Assembly: GCA_037128515.1 (NCBI GenBank)
Contig: JBAXWF010000004.1
Location: 38,319 to 102,318, forward strand
Length of the DNA stretch: 64,000 nt
DNA from: Bacteroidota bacterium
Lineage (GTDB): Bacteria > Bacteroidota > Bacteroidia > Bacteroidales > CAIWKO01
Direction of reading: 5' to 3'
Both the position numbers and the translations under genes were made by a program. The notes beneath the pieces were generated by a model. That model was not told the DNA's origin, searched no databases, and saw only the letters and a program-made list of their open reading frames with translations. Within the stretch, counting starts at the first letter, position 1. The number at the start of each line of letters is the position of its first letter. This document shows positions 55,648 to 64,000 of the stretch, piece by piece.

Positions 55648-56960
55648 TGAGCACTTTGATTATGATTGCCCAATTAATATTGGGCTTGTCGATTTTGGTT
55701 TTTATTCACGAACTTGGACACTATTTGGCTGCACGTGCATTTAAGATTCGTGTCGAAAAATTTTACTTATTTTTTGATGCCTGGAAATTTAAAATCTTTA
55801 AATTTAAAAAAGGGGACACCGAATATGGCATTGGGTGGTTGCCATTGGGCGGATATGTGAAAATTTCAGGTATGATTGACGAATCGATGGATAAAAAACA
55901 AATGAAACTTCCTCCCCAACCTTGGGAATTCCGGTCGAAACCTGCCTGGAAACGATTGATTGTGATGCTTGCCGGTGTTTTCATGAACCTGATATTAGGG
56001 ATGGTTATTTTTACAGGCGTTATACTGCATTACGAAAAAGAATATTTGCCCACCGACCAATTGAATACTGGTATTTATGCCTATCCTGCCGGTCGCGAAA
56101 TAGGATTCCAAACTGGAGATAAAATTATGGCTGTGAATGGCGAAAAAATCGAACGTTTTAAAGACGTTACCACGGCCAACGTGTTGATGGGTTCAACTAT
56201 AACCATAGACCGTAATGGAAAATCGATGGCTATAACCGTGCCCGATACCCTATACAGAATCTATAACAAAAAGATTCGCGACTTTTTTATCGATGCTCAC
56301 AATTTCCCTTGCTTAATAGACAGTGTTATTCCCGAAATGGCGGCCGAAAAAGCCCAACTGAAAAAGAATGATAAAGTATTGCGCCTCGATACCTTTAATA
56401 TAACAAGCTACGGTTCGTTTCGCGAAATTGTGTGGAATCTAAAAGGAAAAACCTTACCTATGCGAGTGCTACGAAACAAAGATACTTTACAACTTTCTAT
56501 GAAAATTGATTCAACCGGCCTAGTGGGTGTATTTTGTAAGATGCCCTATCAAACTAAAAAGTATAGTATTGCCTCGGGGGTTAAATATGGTATTAGCGAT
56601 GCCTTGGGTAACCTTTGGGCCAACATACGTGGATTGGGTAAAATATTTGTCGGCAAAGAAAGTGCAAGCGAATCGATTCAGGGTCCTATCGGCATTATGA
56701 AAATATACGGCGGCATTTGGGATTGGCACCGCTTTTGGCTTATCACCGGATTGATATCGGTTGTGTTGGCATTTATGAATGTTTTGCCCATACCGGCCCT
56801 AGATGGCGGCCATGTAATTTTTACTACTTGGGAGTTGATTACAGGTCGAAAGCTATCGCAAAAATTTCTCGAACGTTCACAAGTGGTCGGCATGGTTATT
56901 TTAATTGCCTTGATGGTGTTTGCCATTTTCAATGATGTATGGAAACATTTTATTCGTTAA
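55647..56960 (+). CDS. rseP: RIP (site-2) zinc metalloprotease
   Basis: 437 aa. HELGHY zinc motif, PDZ region, and NVLPIPALDGGH C-terminal motif. The start overlaps the dxr stop. Confidence 0.9.
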   Translation: MSTLIMIAQLILGLSILVFIHELGHYLAARAFKIRVEKFYLFFDAWKFKIFKFKKGDTEYGIGWLPLGGYVKISGMIDESMDKKQMKLPPQPWEFRSKPAWKRLIVMLAGVFMNLILGMVIFTGVILHYEKEYLPTDQLNTGIYAYPAGREIGFQTGDKIMAVNGEKIERFKDVTTANVLMGSTITIDRNGKSMAITVPDTLYRIYNKKIRDFFIDAHNFPCLIDSVIPEMAAEKAQLKKNDKVLRLDTFNITSYGSFREIVWNLKGKTLPMRVLRNKDTLQLSMKIDSTGLVGVFCKMPYQTKKYSIASGVKYGISDALGNLWANIRGLGKIFVGKESASESIQGPIGIMKIYGGIWDWHRFWLITGLISVVLAFMNVLPIPALDGGHVIFTTWELITGRKLSQKFLERSQVVGMVILIALMVFAIFNDVWKHFIR

Positions 56961-57448
56961 CACTCTTTATGAACGAAGTAAATGAACATTTATTTGGATT
57001 AAAAACCATATTGCACAAAGCTCAGGCATATTGTGTTTATCAAGAACGTTGCTCGAATGAAGTAATGCAAAAACTTCGCCGATGGAAAGTTGATGATAGT
57101 CGCATTCCCAAGATTATTGACGCACTTATAGCTGAAAACTTTTTTAACGACCAACGTTATACAGAAAACTTCGTGGGAAGCAAACTTCGATTAAATAAAT
57201 GGGGCCGCAAAAAAATTGTGTATGAACTTCAATTAAAAAAAATTCCAGAAATTATTATTTCACAAGCTATTACCAGCATCGATGAAAATGAATATCAATC
57301 AGCGATACAGTTTCTAATTGTCCAAAAAACGAAAGAAGTGAAAGAAAAAGATTTATTTAAGAAAAAAAACAAAATTGCCCGTTTCCTTATTTCGCGTGGT
57401 TTTGAAGCGGAGTTTGTTTTTAAAAATATGAAGATAGTTGAAAAATAA
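56939..57448 (+). CDS. recX: RecX-like regulatory protein
   Basis: 169 aa. YCVYQERCSNEVMQKL.., NDQRYTENFVGSKLRLNKWGRKKI and ARFLISRGF blocks typical of RecX. An alternative start at 56969 avoids overlap with rseP. Confidence 0.7.
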   Translation: METFYSLTLFMNEVNEHLFGLKTILHKAQAYCVYQERCSNEVMQKLRRWKVDDSRIPKIIDALIAENFFNDQRYTENFVGSKLRLNKWGRKKIVYELQLKKIPEIIISQAITSIDENEYQSAIQFLIVQKTKEVKEKDLFKKKNKIARFLISRGFEAEFVFKNMKIVEK

Positions 57449-57538
57449 GCTTTAAAACATCTATTGAGTGAAAAATATTCTCAATGCTTTAAAGTAAAGT
57501 AAAAATTTTATGTTGTATTTTCGTAAAAACGCCAAATT

Positions 57539-58117
57539 ATGATAAAATTGTTAAAAGGAACCCAAACCGAATTAAACCTGCTAAAATCCTTTGCAGGTGA
57601 ATCACAGGCACGCACCCGCTACGAATTTTTTGCAAGCATAGCCCGCAAAGAAGGATACGAACAAATTGCCAATATATTTATGGAAACTTCCAATCAGGAA
57701 AAAGCACATGCCAAACGCTTTTTCAAGTTTCTGGAGGGTGGCACAGCCGAAATTGTAGCCTCATATCCAGCAGGCATTATAGGCACCACGCTTGAAAACT
57801 TAAAAGCAGCAGCCGAAGGCGAAATGGAAGAATGGGCCGAAATATATCCCGAGTTTGCCAAGGTCGCCCTCGAAGAAGGTTTTTCAGAAGTTGCCGCCGC
57901 ATTTAAAATGATTGCAAAGGTTGAAGCCGAACACGAACGCCGCTATTTAAAGCTGCTGCAAAATATTTCCTATGATAAAGTATTTGTAAAAGACGGCAAA
58001 GTATGGTGGCAATGTATCAATTGCGGTTATGTTTACGAATCGGCCAAAGCATTAGAAAACTGTCCTGCTTGCTTGCATCCTAAGGCATTTATGCAGGTTC
58101 GTGAAGATAATTATTGA
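57539..58117 (+). CDS. rbr: Rubrerythrin
   Basis: 192 aa. Diiron four-helix motifs (ESQARTRY, EKAHAKRF, EGEMEEW, AEHERRY) and a C-terminal rubredoxin-like CINCG...CPAC. Confidence 0.9.
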   Translation: MIKLLKGTQTELNLLKSFAGESQARTRYEFFASIARKEGYEQIANIFMETSNQEKAHAKRFFKFLEGGTAEIVASYPAGIIGTTLENLKAAAEGEMEEWAEIYPEFAKVALEEGFSEVAAAFKMIAKVEAEHERRYLKLLQNISYDKVFVKDGKVWWQCINCGYVYESAKALENCPACLHPKAFMQVREDNY

Positions 58118-58135
58118 TAAACGGTCAAATCCATC

Positions 58136-58143
58136 TATCTTTG
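58136..58143 (+). promoter_or_regulatory. -7 box TAtcTTTG upstream of prfB
   Basis: Matches TAnnTTTG and ends 17 nt before the ATG at 58160. Confidence 0.4.
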
Positions 58144-58159
58144 CAAAAAATAGCAGAGT

Positions 58160-59243
58160 ATGATTATTCACGAACAGATTAAAGATCTCGAAAAACGACT
58201 CGAAGATCTACGGAGGTTTCTTTGACATTGATAAGAAACAAATTCAATTAGCAGAAAACGAAAAAATTACTCAACAGTCCGATTTCTGGAACGACCCCAA
58301 AAAAGCCGAGACCTTACTCAAAGTGATTCAGGAAACAAAAACCTGGACTGATGTTTATATGCGAGCCAAAAGTGCTTTCGACGATGTTGAGGTGATGTGG
58401 CAATATTTTAATATGGGGGAAGCTACCGAAGCAGAACTGGAAAAACAGTATCAAGACGCATTAAACGACATCGAAAAGCTCGAATTCAAAAAAATGCTTA
58501 GCGGCGAAGAAGACCGCATGAGCGCCATTGTAAATATCAACCCCGGGGCGGGGGGTACCGAAAGTCAGGATTGGGCACAAATGCTCATGCGTATGTATTT
58601 ACGCTGGGGAGAACGCAACAACTATAAAGTAAATATCATCAGCATACAGGAAGGCGATACTGCGGGCATCAAATCGGCCTCCATTGAGTTTGAAGGGGAT
58701 TATGCTTTTGGATATCTGAAAGGCGAAAACGGTGTACACCGTCTGGTGCGGTTGTCACCTTTCGATGCAGCCAATCGGCGCCACACATCCTTTGCGTCGG
58801 TTTATGCTTATCCTATCATCGATGATAATATTGTTATAGAAGTAAGCGCAGCCGAAATAGTCTTTGATACCTTCCGTTCGAGTGGGCCGGGTGGACAAAA
58901 TGTAAATAAGGTAGAAACGGCTGTAAGATTAAAACATATTCCTTCAGGGATTGTAGTGGAATGTCAAGAAACACGATCGCAATTGCAAAACCGTGAAAAA
59001 GCTATGCGTATGTTGAAATCGCAATTATACGAGATTGAACTTCGCAAGAAAAAAGAAAAGATTGATGAAATTGAAAGTAATAAGAAAAAGATAGAATGGG
59101 GTTCGCAAATTCGCAGCTATGTGATGCATCCCTATAAAATGGTGAAAGACCTGCGCACCGGTGTTGAAACATCAGATGTACAAAGTGTAATGGATGGCGA
59201 TTTAGAAGAATTTACTAAAGCTTTCTTAATTCAGTTTGCTTAG
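58160..59243 (+). CDS. prfB: Peptide chain release factor 2, requires programmed +1 frameshift
   Basis: Frame 0 reads MIIHEQIKDLEKRLEDLRRFL and stops at TGA 58223-58225. The +1 frame from 58224 continues DIDKKQIQLAENE... into ORF 58323-59243, which carries SPF and GGQ (SSGPGGQNVNK) motifs. Confidence 0.9.
58212..58226 (+). promoter_or_regulatory. RF2 autoregulatory frameshift site (GGAGG-N3-CTT TGA C)
   Basis: ggaggtttctttgac: an SD-like element 3 nt upstream of the canonical CUU UGA C shift site. Confidence 0.85.
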
Positions 59244-59450
59244 GATTATTTCATTTCATGCTGTTTTTTTATTCGTTTATACGAAATTAATTATAAGTGA
59301 TATTTTTTTGTTAATAGCAATTATAGAAAAATATTAGTTGTATTTTTGCAAAGAAATATTCTTGATACGTATTTTTTACGTTACCAAAATAAGTACATCG
59401 GAGTCACTTTTTATTTTTTAAAGCATACTATTAAACCACCAACCAAACAC

Positions 59451-61169
59451 ATGAAAAAGGTTTTATTGTTTATAATTTTTGTTGCATTTTTTATTATCAA
59501 TAGTTTTTCACAAATAGTTCCGATAGCAACAGCACGAACAGTTGCAAAAAACATATATTACGAACGCGCCAATATAGGCGGAAATATTGATTTGCAGGAT
59601 ATCAACTTTAGTCAAGATTTTGTTGTTAGCAATAATCAGCAGCCGGTTTATTATGTATTTAATATTTCAAACAATCGCGGGTTTGTGATTGTGGCTGCCG
59701 AAGAACGTAGCGTGCCCGTGTTGTTTTATACTTTCGAAGGAAGTTATTCGACCACAAATCAACCCGACAATTTTGTGTATTGGATGAAGAATTATGAACT
59801 GCAAATTGTGGCTGCCCGAGATGCTAATGTGGCTAAAGAGAAAAAAACCACCGCTTTGTGGACTTATTATTCGTCAACAACCGCCCCCAATAACAAGACA
59901 AGTACAGTGGCAGTTCCCATATTGTTAACTACCAATTGGAGCCAGGACCCCTATTATAATGATTTGTGTCCTTCGATGAGCGGCAATCATTGCCCCACAG
60001 GATGTGTGGCTACAGCCATGGCTATGATTATGAAATATCACGCATACCCTACACATGGTTATGGTTCGCATAGCTATGCACACACCATCGCCAATGGTTT
60101 TTCGAATAACTTAGGGACACTTTCAGCAAATTTCGGAACAACCACATATAATTGGGCTGCCATGCCAAATAGTGTAAACTCAACAAACACTTCGGTTGCA
60201 ACCTTAATGTATCATTGCGGTGTTTCGGTAAATATGGATTATGATATCAATGGTTCAGGTGCATATCTTTCGAATGCACAAACTGCATTTATGACTTATT
60301 TCATTTATTCGGCACAGTACGCAACACGTACATCCTATACGGATGCAGCATGGACATTATTAATTAAAAACAGTCTCGATTCACTTCGACCGGTTCTATA
60401 TGGCGGATCTGATGTGAGTTATGGAGGACATGCTTTTGTTTGCGATGGATATCAAAATAGCGGAACTTATACCAACATGTTTCATTTCAATTGGGGCTGG
60501 GGCGGAAGTTCTAACGGCTATGTTTATCTCAGCAATTTAACCCCACAATCAAGCGGAATGACTTTTTCGCAAAATCAGGAAATTGTTTACGAAATATATC
60601 CCAAACCTGCAACATTGCCTGTAGCAAATTTTACTTCAAATAAAACAAGCCTTGCACCTAACGGTTTAGTTGTTTTTACCAACACCTCTACCAATAATCC
60701 TTTAAATTACTTATGGTCGATAACTCCGAATACAGGACTTACTTTTACATCAGGCACTTCGACATCAACCAAAAATATTTATGTGATTTTTGCCAATATT
60801 GGATATTACACTGTTTCGCTTACAAGTAGCAACTCTGCCGGTTCGGCTAATGAAACAAAAACAAATTATATTCATGTATGGATTGATGATGCTGGAGTTG
60901 AACATACTGATGTGTTACAAAACATAAAGCTCTATCCCAATCCTTCCAATGGAGATATTACTATTGAAACTGATTTAGAATTGCAGGGAGATGTTTCTTG
61001 CAAAATTTATGATATTCTCGGAAACGAAGTTTTAAACATTCTTTATACTTCCGGGTTGAATAATAATAATATTATTCTGAATCTATCAGAATTGCATAAA
61101 GGGTTATACTTCATAAAAATTACAACTTCAAAAGGTTCTATTACCAAAAGAATAGAACTCATAGACTAA
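59451..61169 (+). CDS. C10 (streptopain-like) cysteine peptidase with PKD domain and type A T9SS C-terminal domain
   Basis: Signal peptide MKKVLLFIIFVAFFIINSFSQ. Catalytic blocks TGCVATAMAMIMKYH (Cys) and GGHAFVCDGY (His). PKD-like unit (ANFTSNKTS...YTVSLTSSN). The C-terminus KLYPNPSNGDITIE...GLYFIKITT is a Por secretion tail. Confidence 0.85.
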   Translation: MKKVLLFIIFVAFFIINSFSQIVPIATARTVAKNIYYERANIGGNIDLQDINFSQDFVVSNNQQPVYYVFNISNNRGFVIVAAEERSVPVLFYTFEGSYSTTNQPDNFVYWMKNYELQIVAARDANVAKEKKTTALWTYYSSTTAPNNKTSTVAVPILLTTNWSQDPYYNDLCPSMSGNHCPTGCVATAMAMIMKYHAYPTHGYGSHSYAHTIANGFSNNLGTLSANFGTTTYNWAAMPNSVNSTNTSVATLMYHCGVSVNMDYDINGSGAYLSNAQTAFMTYFIYSAQYATRTSYTDAAWTLLIKNSLDSLRPVLYGGSDVSYGGHAFVCDGYQNSGTYTNMFHFNWGWGGSSNGYVYLSNLTPQSSGMTFSQNQEIVYEIYPKPATLPVANFTSNKTSLAPNGLVVFTNTSTNNPLNYLWSITPNTGLTFTSGTSTSTKNIYVIFANIGYYTVSLTSSNSAGSANETKTNYIHVWIDDAGVEHTDVLQNIKLYPNPSNGDITIETDLELQGDVSCKIYDILGNEVLNILYTSGLNNNNIILNLSELHKGLYFIKITTSKGSITKRIELID

Positions 61170-61193
61170 TCTAAAGAATACTTTTAAGTTTGG

Positions 61194-62015
61194 TTATTTC
61201 GATTTAGTATACGATTGCGGAATATTGAATGGAAACGATTCGGTTTTTTCAGGGCTGATGCGTGTAAAGCTAATTATCCCTTTTAGTCGTTTGGTGTCGG
61301 TAATAATGAATTCAACTTTTTGCGGAAAATATTGCTTTTCTATTTGTAAGAAATCGGAGTATTCACAATCAATTTTTCTTCTGTCCTGAGTTTTAATTTC
61401 TTTTAAGGTGGTCTTTAATATTTTAAATGTAAGTGGGTCGAGCCAAATATCCTGAATAAGCACCATGGAGTATTCTTTTTCGGATTTTACATATTTCTTG
61501 ATTTTTTGCCGGCCAACAGTACTTAAATGATAAAGCTTATTTTCTATATTGGCTTTAAAAACATCATTTTGATAATATGTAAAATCGTTTCCGGAAATGA
61601 TTGATTGCAAAATATCAAAATCAAAATCGGTGTCAAATAACTCGTTTACCTTATCAAAAGTTCCTGTGAAATACGTTTTATTAATCCGGTTAATCATTTT
61701 TGCCGAATCGGGGGTGATGAAAATGCGCACAGCTTCTAAACCAAACTTCTGAATAGATATCCACATCATACTGTCTCTTACAAGATAAATATTTCCCGAA
61801 AAACTACTGTTTTCATTATTGTTTTCAATTTCGGCACTAAATTTCAATGAGATTCTTGTAAAGTTAAATTCGTTTTTTTTCATTTGTGCAAACAAATAAT
61901 CGGGGCCTTGTTCTTTCAAGGGTTCAACCATCATCTGGCGCTTGCTAGTTTTGCACGAAGCGAAAAACAACACGCTACTTAATAAAAGGATTGGAACTAT
62001 AATTTTTTTACTCAT
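61194..62015 (-). CDS. DUF4292-like (LolB-fold?) lipoprotein
   Basis: Lipoprotein signal MSKKIIVPILLLSSVLFFASCKT. About 270 aa and beta-rich. Its position downstream of a TPR lipoprotein is a common Bacteroidota arrangement (from memory). Confidence 0.5.
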   Translation of the reverse strand: MSKKIIVPILLLSSVLFFASCKTSKRQMMVEPLKEQGPDYLFAQMKKNEFNFTRISLKFSAEIENNNENSSFSGNIYLVRDSMMWISIQKFGLEAVRIFITPDSAKMINRINKTYFTGTFDKVNELFDTDFDFDILQSIISGNDFTYYQNDVFKANIENKLYHLSTVGRQKIKKYVKSEKEYSMVLIQDIWLDPLTFKILKTTLKEIKTQDRRKIDCEYSDFLQIEKQYFPQKVEFIITDTKRLKGIISFTRISPEKTESFPFNIPQSYTKSK

Positions 62016-63750
62016 AAAGTTTCTTTTCAACAATTTTCTTGTTTAACAAATCGGTCGACATACCATTTTCTTTTGCTTTGATCCAGTATTCAACAGCCTT
62101 AACGGTATCGTTGGTCTTAAATAAAATATCGCCGTAATGATCCAGTATGCTTGCGTTTTTGCTTCCGGTTCCTGCTAATGCTTTTTCAATCCAAACTTTT
62201 GCATTCACCAAATCGTTGTTTTTGTATAATACCCAGGCATAAGTATCTTGATAATTGCTATCGTCGGGTTTTAGGTTTACCAGTTTTGCGGCTAACTCAA
62301 GTGCGCGATTTAAATTGGTGTTTTGCAATGCCAGATAATAGGCATAGTTATTTAATGTACGGTCGTCGTTGGGATTTATCACTAATGCTTTTTCATAGTT
62401 ATCGAAAGCCAGGTCGAAGTTTTTATTTTGATAATAGCAATCGCCCAGATAAGAATAGAAAAAGAATAAATTTTTATCTTTTGATTCTAGAAAACTTTTC
62501 CCGGCATTTAATGTTGAAATAGCCGCCAAATAGTCTTTTTGATTCATTTGGGCGATACCGCAATACAAATAGGGCTCGGACTGTTCGGGAAACAACTCAA
62601 TGGCTTTTTTGCTTTCTTTTAGTATTGCCGGAGTATCTTTTAAATCATAATCAATCAAAATAATTTGCTGCCAAATTGCATATTTGCTGCTATCCAGTTG
62701 GGTTACTTTTCTGAACGCATCGCGGGCTTCCGAAGTTTTATCTTGTTGATACAATATGTCGCCATAAACGGAATAGGCTTTTGCTTCTTCCGGTGAACAC
62801 GCAATAAAAAGCTCGGAAAGCGGAATAAGAGCATCGTAGTAAGCGTTCTTTTTTCCTGGGGTGTCTAAAATGGTTATCAACACCTTCACTTTAGTATCAA
62901 CATCCAGATTGCGATTTGCAAAGGCTATCTTAAGTTCATCAATGGCTTTTTCGGTCAGGTTCTGCGACCTGTAATAATCGGCCAACGAAAGATGTACATA
63001 GCCATCGTTTGGGTTTATTTTCAGTATCTTTTGATACAGTTCATAGGCTTGCACAGGTTGGTTTGTTGAAACATAAATATCGGCAAGTATTCCTAAATAC
63101 TCCGTTTCGCCGGGAAAACTTTCAATTAGTTTGTTCATTTCCTCTATTGCTTTGGTGGGTTTGCCCAGTTGCATATAGAGTTTTTCTTTTTGCTCCGAAA
63201 TTTCGGGTTGAACACCTTCTTTGTTTTCGAAATCATTATAAACTTTTATTGCTTCATTGTATTTACCTATTGAAATATACATGTCGGCCAAATTGAGATA
63301 ATATTCCGTTTGGTCGGGGTTTTTTTCGATTAGCAGTTTATAGGTTTTCTCAGCATTGGTATAATCTTTAAGCGAGATGTACAACTCCGATAGCAATAAC
63401 AAATACCAGGGATTGTCGGGTTTCTTTTTTACTGCGCTTTGTGCCAATACTGCTGCATCAGCATATTTTTTTTGTTGATACAACAAGCACGACATTTCGT
63501 ATAATGCCCCGTCGTTGTCGGGATTTTGTTTTAGACATTGTGCAAACAAACCAATAGCCTTATCATCGTTGCCCAAATATTTTTCGCGCACGGCGTTCAA
63601 AAAAATATTGGTGTTAAAGAGTTGTTCCTCTTGGGTGAGTTTTTTTGAATTAGTTGATTTGCTTGAATCGGCAGCTGTTTTGGTGGTTTTACAACCACTT
63701 GCAAATACGAAAAAACCACTAAGATAAACCAACAATAAAATCTGTTTCAT
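62008..63750 (-). CDS. TPR-repeat lipoprotein
   Basis: Lipoprotein signal MKQILLLVYLSGFFVFASGCKT, followed by about 14 TPR-like units (e.g. ALYEMSCLLYQQKKYADA, AEKTYKLLIEKNPD). Confidence 0.8.
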   Translation of the reverse strand: MKQILLLVYLSGFFVFASGCKTTKTAADSSKSTNSKKLTQEEQLFNTNIFLNAVREKYLGNDDKAIGLFAQCLKQNPDNDGALYEMSCLLYQQKKYADAAVLAQSAVKKKPDNPWYLLLLSELYISLKDYTNAEKTYKLLIEKNPDQTEYYLNLADMYISIGKYNEAIKVYNDFENKEGVQPEISEQKEKLYMQLGKPTKAIEEMNKLIESFPGETEYLGILADIYVSTNQPVQAYELYQKILKINPNDGYVHLSLADYYRSQNLTEKAIDELKIAFANRNLDVDTKVKVLITILDTPGKKNAYYDALIPLSELFIACSPEEAKAYSVYGDILYQQDKTSEARDAFRKVTQLDSSKYAIWQQIILIDYDLKDTPAILKESKKAIELFPEQSEPYLYCGIAQMNQKDYLAAISTLNAGKSFLESKDKNLFFFYSYLGDCYYQNKNFDLAFDNYEKALVINPNDDRTLNNYAYYLALQNTNLNRALELAAKLVNLKPDDSNYQDTYAWVLYKNNDLVNAKVWIEKALAGTGSKNASILDHYGDILFKTNDTVKAVEYWIKAKENGMSTDLLNKKIVEKKLYE

Positions 63751-63764
63751 GGAATTATATTTTG

Positions 63765-64000
63765 CTAACAAAGAGTGGTATAATCGCCGATGCTTAGCTC
63801 CGAAAACCGTCCTTTATATTCCACATGATTTCCTATCATCGAATTGTCGAGGTTGGCATCGGATATGCGCGAATTTTCCTGTAAAATACTATTGGTGATA
63901 ATTGAATTGTGAATTTGTGTGTTTTTTCCAACCGAAACATGTGGCCCGATAACACAATCTTCTATAACAACATTTTCGCCTAAATAACAAGGTGGTTTTA
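63765..64000 (-). CDS. C-terminal fragment of a left-handed beta-helix (hexapeptide-repeat) nucleotidyl/acyl-transferase, partial at window edge
   Basis: The minus-strand translation ..CVIGPHVSVGKNTQIHNSIITNSILQENSRISDANLDNSMIGNHVEYKGRFSELSIGDYTTLC* shows hexapeptide periodicity. Stop codon at 63765-63767. Confidence 0.5.
   Translation of the reverse strand, partial: KPPCYLGENVVIEDCVIGPHVSVGKNTQIHNSIITNSILQENSRISDANLDNSMIGNHVEYKGRFSELSIGDYTTLC

Noticed and set aside
57449-57497. Imperfect hairpin (CTTTAAA..ATTGAG-loop-CTCAAT..TTTAAAG) between recX and rubrerythrin as a regulatory element
   Set aside because: It is AT-rich with an asymmetric internal loop and no following T run. It has no resemblance to a known peroxide-regulator box, so it is too weak to call.

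Overview
This 64 kb window looks like an AT-rich Bacteroidota chromosome. Evidence: type A and type B T9SS C-terminal sorting domains, a PorW/SprE-like TPR lipoprotein, a CarboxypepD_reg-type TonB receptor, and TAnnTTTG -7-like boxes 15-35 nt upstream of many start codons. Most of it is housekeeping: fumC, dtd, pbpC, gap, comM, add-rlmN-apt, ferritin, atpBEFHAG, dxr-rseP-recX, rubrerythrin, and prfB with its +1 frameshift site. I recognised no rRNA, tRNA, CRISPR array, cas gene, integrase or transposase.

Two regions stand out.

1. 15.4-20.5 kb holds a tightly packed operon of an acyl carrier protein, two paralogous membrane-anchored SGNH proteins (one with tandem LysM) and an MBOAT. It mixes Dlt-like and peptidoglycan O-acetylation-like logic, and no loading enzyme is visible in the window.

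2. 30.1-39.6 kb is an accessory island of orphan genes that carries nearly all the unexplained non-coding structure:
- a 171-bp GC-rich module duplicated directly upstream of two unrelated secreted or outer-membrane genes, plus a degenerate inverted third copy;
- a 20-bp palindrome upstream of a LuxR-type regulator;
- twelve perfectly phased 21-bp tandem repeats;
- two orphan proteins;
- an 11-repeat helicase-associated (HA) domain gene broken by two in-frame stops and one A-tract frameshift.

All family assignments come from motifs read by eye and need profile searches to confirm.
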